Assembly: GCF_009914755.1 (NCBI RefSeq)
Contig: NC_060936.1
DNA length: 64,000 bases
Strand: one strand, 5' to 3'
Source: the human T2T-CHM13v2.0 reference genome, Homo sapiens
The notes beneath the pieces are model-generated. The model saw only the letters and a list, made by a program, of their open reading frames with translations. It was not told the DNA's origin and made no database searches. The translations under genes and the position numbers were made by a program. This document shows positions 55,955-64,000 of this stretch, piece after piece (the first letter of the stretch is position 1; the number at the start of each line of letters is the position of its first letter).

Positions 55955-56783
55955 CTTTTTGTTTTGTTTTGTTTTTTTATTTTATTTTATTTTATTATTA
56001 TTATACTTTAAGTTTTAGGGTACATGTGCACAATGTGCAGGTTAGTTACATATGTATACATGTGCCATGCTGGTGTGCTGCACCCATTAACTCGTCATTT
56101 AGCCTTAGGTATATCTCCTAATGCTATCCCTCCCCCCTCCCCCCACCCCACAACAGTCCCCAGAGTGTGATGTTCCCCTTCCTGTGTCCATGTGTTCTCA
56201 TTGTTCAATTCCCACCTATGAGTGAGAACATGTGGTGTTTGGTTTTTTTGTCCTTGTGATAGTTTACTGAGAATTATTATTTCCAATTTCATCCATGTCC
56301 CTACAAAGGACATGAACTCATCATTTTTTATGGTTGCATAGTATTCCATGGTGTATATGTGCCACATTCTCTTAATCCAGTCAATCATTGTTGGACATTT
56401 GGGTTGGTTCCAAGTCTTTGCTATTGGGAATAGTGCCGCCATAAACATACATGTGCATGTGTCTTTATAGCAGCATGATTTATAGTCCTTTGGGTATATA
56501 CCCAGTAATGGGATGGCTGGGTCAAATGGCATTTCTAGTTCTAGATCCCTGAGGAATCGCCACACTGACTTCCACAATGGTTGAACTAGTTTACCGTCCC
56601 ACCAACAGTGTAAAAGTGTTCCTATTTCTCCACATCCTCTCCAGCACCGTTGTTTCCTGACTTTTTAATGATTGCCATTCTAACTGGTGTGAGATGGTAT
56701 CTCATTGTGGTTTTGATTTTCATTTCTCTGATGGCCAGTGATGGTGAGCATCTTTTCATGTGTTTTTTGGCTGCATAAATGTC
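55955..56783 (-). mobile_element. L1PA3-type 5'-truncated insertion
   Basis: ORF 56095..56577 WKSVWRFLRDLELEMPFDPAIPLLGIYPKDYKSCCYKDTC is the ORF2 C-terminus; TSD AGAAATGTTTT (55944-55954 / 56784-56794). Confidence 0.95.
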
Positions 56784-56981
56784 AGAAATGTTTTTTAGAA
56801 CAAAATATCCCTAACAGATTAATCAATAAGTATGGCTTAATCAAATGTACAGTTCACAAGTTTGAAGACTATCATTTGATTCCCGAAACAGGCAGAGCTG
56901 CCTATCCTGGAATTAGTTTGGATTAATGGGTAGGGAAGTGCCTTGAAGTTGGACTAGAGTATTTGACTGTTTTATGTCTGA

Positions 56982-57189
56982 CAGTGATGTGCTGCAGCCA
57001 ACTTGTATTTCCCTTTGAGAGTGATTTTGTCCCAACTCTGTGTTTAGTGACAATACACTGATAGCTTCAAGCAGAACATGCTGTGAATTTTAACACCATA
57101 AAAATCAGCAAATGCTACAAATGAGGGTTTATTCATCTATTTTTTCCCTCTAGAAAGTAAGTTGTTAAATATTTACCAGCTTATCACTC
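56982..57189. mobile_element. MER63A-like hAT MITE
   Basis: Ends CAGTGATGTGCTG / CAGCTTATCACT; internal ACACCATAAAAATCAGCAAATGCTACAAATGAGGG. Confidence 0.75.
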
Positions 57190-57429
57190 CTATCTCCTTT
57201 AGGGTAGAAAACTGGCCTCACTTCATTGAGAAAATTTGGGAAATTGACTCTTTTCTCTGAAAAATGTGGATGATTTGAAGTATAGGGACTGTGATTCCAA
57301 TACTGGAGATGTGACTACAGTACCATATATATGTGGATGCTATTAAGCACTCCAACCAAAACCAACAACAAAAATAAATTGGAAAGACAAAAGCTATCAG
57401 TACTGTGCTTCCATGTTTTAAATCCACAG

Positions 57430-57517
57430 AAGATATATATATATATATAAAATATATTATATATATATATATATAATATATCCTATTAGTTCTAATTCTC
57501 TAGAGAACCCTAATACA
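57430..57517 (+). mobile_element. MLT2 3' end with (TA)n
   Basis: TCCTATTAGTTCTAATTCTCTAGAGAACCCTAATACA. Confidence 0.7.
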
Positions 57518-58320
57518 GGTAGCCATACTTTCCTAACCAAATTCAGAGACAGTAAGAATTCTATTTTTCAGAAAATATAAATATGCTGAAAGCGATAACA
57601 ATTTTAAAATGGTGGCTTAAGAAAGTGATTAGACAATGCCAGACTGCATCCAGGACCTGTTTAAAGAGTGTTGCACTTTGGCACGGTTCTTCACTTTGCC
57701 CATATCTGCCAATAGTCCTGAAATGTCATTGCGAATATTTATCAAATCTCCACACAATAAAATATTGGGACTCTATATCTCAGTTTTAAACTGTGTGACA
57801 CCCAGAGAAAAACAAGCTATCAAAAACAGTGTTAGGAAGAGACTCTGGCAAGTTTCTGAGTGAAGGCATTTTCTAGTCATGTCATACATTAAATATCAGA
57901 AAGATAATGGAACTTATTTCTTACATGAAATACAACGTAAAAGATATCACTTGTAGCAGCAAAACTGGTAAATGGCATATCAATTTCCTTTTGCAGGCCC
58001 AGTTACTTGGTGTTTGGCTCTGATGTAAATAGTTGACAGGAGGCTGCATAAATTTGTGGAAAGTGAAAGAGGGACATCAAATGGAATATTTGATCAGTAA
58101 TCTGTTACTAACGGGATTGATTCAATAATAAACTGAACACTAGTGAGGAATTTTATTAGGGTTGTGACAATATTCTGTTAAGTCTTGTCCTCTTGAAGGG
58201 AAGTGAACTTCTACTTCTTTCCTTTACCTCCCTTTACAAAGTAATGCAATTGTGATTTTTGAAAAGGGAGCAATTGTGGGAAGAAAATCTCAACAACAGT
58301 TCAGAATGGTAAGGAGTAAC

Positions 58321-58851
58321 TGTAGCAACTAGGATCCAGTCAGAAGACAGTATGACACCAATTATTTTAGTAGAGAATATTTAGTAAAAAAAAAAAAAAT
58401 GTTGTATTCCTATTGAAAAGAATGCTCAGCAAATGAAATCAGAATAGTAAAAAGACTGGCTTCCACCCTTAGGGCAGAGGTTGGGGTTATCACCACTTAG
58501 AAGCTTGGAGGAGATGCCAGGCAGCCCTGAAATTTTGACCTCTGATAGATGTGCATTCCCAAACTTATGCGGATTCACCAGGGTTATCTGAAGGGGCAAG
58601 ACAAAGTTGGTTTTTCAGGTTAAAATAAATCACTGCTCCCAGGATGAAGAAGCGTTGCTGTCAGGACACTGTCAAGAATGGGAAGCAAACAGGTGGGAGC
58701 AATCTTTTCTTCTTCCAGACTTCCAGACGACCTCCAGCATCCCATTTGGCAGAGCCTAACAGGGAGCCAACTGGCAGAACAGAATGTGGTTTGCAGAGTC
58801 CCAGCCCTCACATCACAGATTAGTGGATGTAAGAATGGGTTTGAAGCTGAG
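58321..58851 (-). mobile_element. Ancient ERV LTR (LTR78-like)
   Basis: GGCAGAGCCTAACAGGGAGCCAACTGGC...TGTGGTTTGCAGAGTCCCAGCCC. Confidence 0.5.
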
Positions 58852-59430
58852 GTTAAGCTGAAACTTGATCTTGATCATCAGAAGCATGTAGTTTGTAAAC
58901 TCATGAGCAATAATAATGGATGGCATTTTAAGTTAATATATTTTATTGTGGCTAATTGTACAGGAAGAGATAACTAATGCACTACTGTTTTGGTAAAAAT
59001 GCTATTTTCAAATCCAAAGAATTCAGAGATTTTACCCCATGATTGTATATTGAACAAACAATTAGTGGATAAACTTTATTATTAGGATGTGATAGAGAAG
59101 ATGCAGAATTATTGACTCTGAGTAAAAGTAGAACTACTGCCAAAAACAACTATGGAAATGATTACAGCATAGAGTGTACATATTTTAAACCATAAAAACA
59201 TAGAAAAATTATATATACTCAAAAAGTAAAGATGGAAAAGTATTGTAGTAGATGCCTATTGAACAATAATCATTTCTGGCAAAGCTGAACTCGGTGTTTT
59301 TGTGGCCACATCTCCCGCTTTCTCATGATGTAAGAGAGTTAATCCCACTCAGATAGGTTTATATTTAAGACCATATCTTTCTCCTACTTGCAATTATTGG
59401 CAAGGTATAAGCATATCATTTACCTTAGAC

Positions 59431-59656
59431 CAGGGTTTCTCAAACTTGGCACTATTGAGATTTTTCAGCCAAATAATTATTTGCCATAGGGGCCTATCCT
59501 GCATACTGTAGGATGTTCAGCAGCATTCCTGGTCTCGGCTCACTAGATTCAAGTAGCATCTACGCACTCCATGTCCATTGTGACACAGACAAATGTCTTT
59601 AAATTTAGCCAAATAGCTTCATGGGTATAAAATTGCCCCTGGTTGAAAAATCACTG
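59431..59656 (+). mobile_element. MER20 (hAT-Charlie MITE), inside an old MLT1-like LTR (about 59300-59940)
   Basis: TIRs CAGGGTTTCTCAA / TTGAAAAATCACTG; GCACTATTGA...TGTAGGATGTTCAGCAGCATTCCTGG; degenerate 8-bp TSD ending AGAC. Confidence 0.88.
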
Positions 59657-60086
59657 TTTAAGACACAGAGGACAACTTTTTTTGATTGCAAGAATATTTT
59701 TTTTCTTTTTAATTAGATTATATGTAAGCTTCCCAGTCACTGCAGCCATTTTGCAACCACAGGAGAAGAAGGGAATTGTGAAAAATTCAACATTGTAAAA
59801 TCAAAAAGGGGAAATTGAGAAAGAACCTTAAACACATTAATTGAGCTCCAGATTTTAGTAACAGAAGGGCTGCTAAGCCAAATAATTCTTCTTTCTAATC
59901 CAAATTTTCTGTTTCTTGCAACAGAAAGAGACCCAACATAAAATAAATTTGGTAGGAAGTAATATAAAATGCTGTTTTTTTCATATTTAATAATATTTAA
60001 ACTATGAATGTATGATTTTAAAATTATATATCAAGTAAAAGGAAGTCTATTTAAGGGCATTTGACAGTGGAGTAACATAAACATAT

Positions 60087-62465
60087 CATATTAGTCCATT
60101 CTTACCTTGCTATAAAGAATTACCTGAGACTGGGTAATTTATAAAGAAAAGAGGTTTAGTTTACTAACAGTTCCACAGGATTTACAGGAACCATGACAGC
60201 AGGCCTCAGGAAACTCACAATCATGGCAGAAGGCAAAGGGGAAGCGGGGACCTTCACACATGGTGGCAGGAGAGAGATAGAAAATGGAAGTGCCATACAC
60301 TCTCAAACAACCCGATCTCATGAGAACTCACTGACTATCATGAGAACATTACGGGGAAACTTTGCCCCCTGATTCAATCACCTCCCACCAGACCCCTCCC
60401 TTGACATGTGGGATTACAATTGGAAATGAGATTTGGGTGGGGATGCAGAACCAAATCATATCATTCCTACCCTCGGCCCCTCCCAAATCTCATGTACAAC
60501 TCACATTTCAAAACTAATTGTGCTTTCCCAATAGTCCTGCAAAGTTGTAATTCATTACAGCATTAACTCAAAAGTCCAAGTCCAAAGTCTCATCTGAGAC
60601 AAGACAAGTCCTTTCTGCCTACGAGCCTGTAAAATCAAAAACAAGCTAGTTACTTTCAATATGCAATGGGGCTACAGGCATTGGGTAAATTCTCCCATTC
60701 CAAAAGGGATAAATAGGCTAAAACAAAGCAGCTACAGGTCCCATGCAAGTCTGAAACCCAGCAGGGCAGTCATTAAATCTTAAAACTCCAAAATGATCTA
60801 TTTGGACTCAATGTCTCACACCCAGGACATGCTGATGCAAGGGTTGAGCCCCTAAAACCTTGAGCATCTCCAACCCTGTGGCTCTGCCAGGTACAACCCC
60901 TTTGGCTGCTTTCACTGGCTGACATTGAGTGCTCATGGCTTGTCTAGGGGCCCAGTGCAAGCTGTAGGTAGATCTACCATTCTGGGGTCTGGAGAACAGT
61001 GGCTCCCTTCTCACAGCTCCACTAAGCAGTGCACCAGCGGGGACTCCGTGAAGGGGCTCCAGCCCCACGTTTTCCCTCTGCACTGCCCTAATAGAGGTTC
61101 TCAAAGAAAGCTCCAGTCCCTGCAGCCGACTTCTGCCTGGACATTCAGGCATTTTCACACATCCTCTCAAACCTAGGCAGAGGCTTCCAAGTCTTAACTC
61201 TTGCCTTCTGTTCACTGGCATACCCAAAACCACATGGAAGCCACCAAGACTTGGGGCTTGCACCCTCTGAAGCAACAGCCTGAGCTGTAACTTGGCCCCT
61301 TTTAGCCACAGCTGGAGCTGGAGTGGCTGGGACACAGGGTTCCATGTCCTGAGGCTGCACAGAGTAGCAGAGTCCTGTGCTCAGCACACAGTACCATTAT
61401 TCCCTCCAGCCAGTGATGGGAGGTGCTGCCACAAAGGTCTGTGACATGTCCTGGAGACATTTTCCCCATTGTCTTGACCATTAATGTTAGAATCCTCTTC
61501 ACTCATGAAAGTTTCTGCAGCAGGTGGCTTGAATTTCTCTCCAGAAAATAAGTTTTTCTTTTTTACCACATGGTCAGGCTGCACATTTTTAAAACTTTTA
61601 TGCTCTGCTTCCCTTTTAAACATAGTTTCCAATTTCAGACCATGTCTTTGTAAATGCATATGATTGTATGCTGTTAGGAGCAGCCAGGCCTCTTGTTGAA
61701 TGATTTGCTACTTAAAAATTTCTTCTGCCAAATACCCTAAATCATCTGTCTCAGGTTCAACAATCCACAGATTCCCTAGAGCAGGGCACAATGCAACCAG
61801 TCTCTTTGCTAAAGCATAGCAAGAGTTACCTTTGCTCCAGTTCCCAATAGTTACTCATCTCCATCTGAGACCTGCTCAGCCTGGATTTCACTGTCCATAT
61901 TACAATAGACAAAGCCAATTCAACAAGTTTCTAGGAAGTTCCAAATGTTCTCACATTTTTCTGTCTTCTTTTGAGTCCTTCAAACTGTTCCAACCTCTGC
62001 CTGTTACCCAGTTCCAAAATTGCTCCCACATTTTCAGGTATTTTTATGCAGTGTCCCACTCTCCCAGTACCAATTTTCTGTTTTATTCCATTTTTACACT
62101 GCTATAAAGAACTACCTGAGATTGTGTAATTTATAAAGTAAAAAGGTTTAATTGACTCACAGTTCTGTGTGGCTGGGGACACCTCAGGAAATTTAACACT
62201 CATGACAGAAGGTGAAGGGGAAACAAGGCATGTCTTACCATGGTGAGGCAGGAGAGAGAGAGAGAGAGAGCAAGGATGGGAAGTGCCAAACACTTTCAAA
62301 CAACCAGATCTTATGAGAACTCACTCACTATTATGAAAACTACAAGGGGGAAGTCCCCCCATCCGTAATTCAATCACCTCCCACCAGACTCCTCCCTGAC
62401 ATCTGAAGATTACAATATGAGATAAGATTTGGGTGGGGACACAGAGCCAGAGCCAAACCATATCA
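60087..62465 (-). mobile_element. Two-LTR MaLR element (THE1D/MSTA-type): 5' LTR 62079-62465, internal 60464-62078, 3' LTR 60087-60463
   Basis: Both LTRs end ...GATTTGGGTGGGGA...CATATCA on plus; the 1.6-kb internal region is homologous to 28510-29184. Confidence 0.93.
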
Positions 62466-62934
62466 CAATCCATGTCGAATTCTGGTAATAGAAAGCAGGA
62501 TGGGTGGTTGAGGAGGTGCCATTATAATAATTTCTTTACAGTTCATTCTGGGAAGTCAATCAGCATTTCTAATGAAACAAAAGAATACTTATAAATGTAA
62601 CCACTGGAACTTAAAATGAAATATAAACTTTTCAAATTACTGACAAAGAGAAGCAGATTAAAAAACCAACATATTTCATATTTTGACATTTAACAGTTAA
62701 ACAGTGTTGAAATAGAGTGCTTAATTTAAATATTAGAATAACTTTACAATTAACCATTAGCATTTCATAGATTTTCAAGTTTTATTAGCAATTCAACAAA
62801 CTGATTTTCAAATTATATAACAAAGCAAAACATTACTGCATATAAGAGATATACAGTGAAAAGAATGATTTAAGTGTGGTAAATTGTAAAATTTTTCTAA
62901 AATTATTTGCTGTTCTTTCCCATATTACACATCT

Positions 62935-63341
62935 CAGTGAATTGCCTTATGACTTATAGAGGCTTCCTGGAGGGATGGAGTTTACTTCCCCGCCCCAGTG
63001 ACATTCCTCGGCTCTAAGAACAGCTTTAGCCAATTGAATGTGAACAGTTGTAAAATATACTGTACCTATGTAGAGCAGAAAGTTTAAGGGGTATCACATG
63101 ATTCTTCAGCTCTTTTATGCCCATTCCTTCCTACCACAATAAAACGTAGGTGTAACAGTTAAAAGATACTCCTTCAGTTTGGATCTTAGATCAAAGAAGA
63201 CACAGAAGTAAGCTAAAGCCAATCTACAGTGACTTGCAATCCTATACATTGAGAATCAAAAATTAACACTGGCGATGGTAAGCCACTGAGATACCAAGGT
63301 TACAGTACTGAAGAGGAACTTAGTGAATGCTATCTAATACA
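62935..63341 (+). mobile_element. MLT1J-like LTR
   Basis: TTACTTCCCCGCCCCAGTGAC...GCTTTAGCCAATTGAATGTG...TAAGCCACTGAGAT...CTAATACA. Confidence 0.7.
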
Positions 63342-63896
63342 AAATCTGACACCCTAACAATACATCCAAGATGTAAGGCAATTGTGGAGGTATTATATAT
63401 TAATAAACTGAAGAGCTTCTTCTTCAGGGCATGATCTTCAGGGAATATTCTCTATGGCTGCCAGAAACATAATTCTTCTGAGAAAGGTCATATTTTTCTT
63501 TCATACTCTGACATTAATTTCCCAGAACTTGTTTTCCTACAAATATCATCTGTATAGTTATAACAAAACAACAGATCCTAAATGTTAATTATAGTTCTAA
63601 AAGATCCTGAGTTATTTCTACATCATCAAGAGAAAATTTGCAGTCTTTTGTAGGGGGTACAATATTTGAATTTCATTTAACAACTATTCTTACATAAAAT
63701 GTGTAATAAATAACAACAACAATAACAAAATACATATTACATGTTAATTCAAGTTCTATTATAAGTTTGCATTATATTAGCTCAATTAATGCTCCTAACA
63801 ATACTATGTGTTTTAACCCTATTTAACTAATTAGGATATTGTGACTCAGAGAGGTTGATTAAGGTCCAACATAATGGAAGTATTAAGTGTCAAGAA

Positions 63897-64000
63897 TTTT
63901 TTTTTTTTTGAGATGGAGTCTTGCTCTGTTGCCCAGGCTGGAGTGCAGTGGTGTGATCTCAGCTCACTGCAAGCTCTGCCCCCTGGGTTCATGCCATTCT
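63897..64000 (-). mobile_element. AluY-type 3' half (cut by window end)
   Basis: CACTGCAAGCTC and TTCATGCCATTCT diagnostics. Confidence 0.9.

Noticed and set aside
56095-56577. 160-aa ORF
   Set aside because: It is the truncated L1 ORF2 C-terminus running into the 3' UTR.
51712-59656. MER39 and MER20 co-occurring, as at the decidual prolactin promoter
   Set aside because: They are 7 kb apart, both families are abundant, and no gene is visible.
60808-61335. 175-aa ORF
   Set aside because: It is a MaLR internal remnant homologous to 28510-29184.

Overview
This is AT-rich, CpG-poor primate (human-like) non-coding DNA with no recognisable protein-coding exon, RNA gene or CpG island. Much of the window is interspersed repeat: many L1 fragments of different ages (mostly on the minus strand), seven Alus, MaLR and ERV LTRs (THE1, MLT1/2, LTR8A, MER4, MER39, MER67), one two-LTR THE1D/MST-type element, DNA transposon fossils (Hsmar2, MER47A, MER63, MER20), MIR/L2 relics and microsatellites. 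The longer ORFs in the track come from repeats or low-complexity sequence. I cannot support a new biological system. The most notable structures are: (1) a TSD-flanked L1MA element lacking all of ORF2, carrying a young 3x135 bp tandem repeat; (2) a 176 bp near-perfect AT-rich palindrome; (3) plus-strand splice signals, namely a recursive-splice-like site and two small exon candidates, which together with the antisense L1 bias suggest a long intron of a plus-strand transcript; (4) a twin-primed L1PA; (5) a MaLR provirus with discordant LTRs. Repeat subfamily names come from my recall of consensus sequences and need RepeatMasker/Dfam confirmation.
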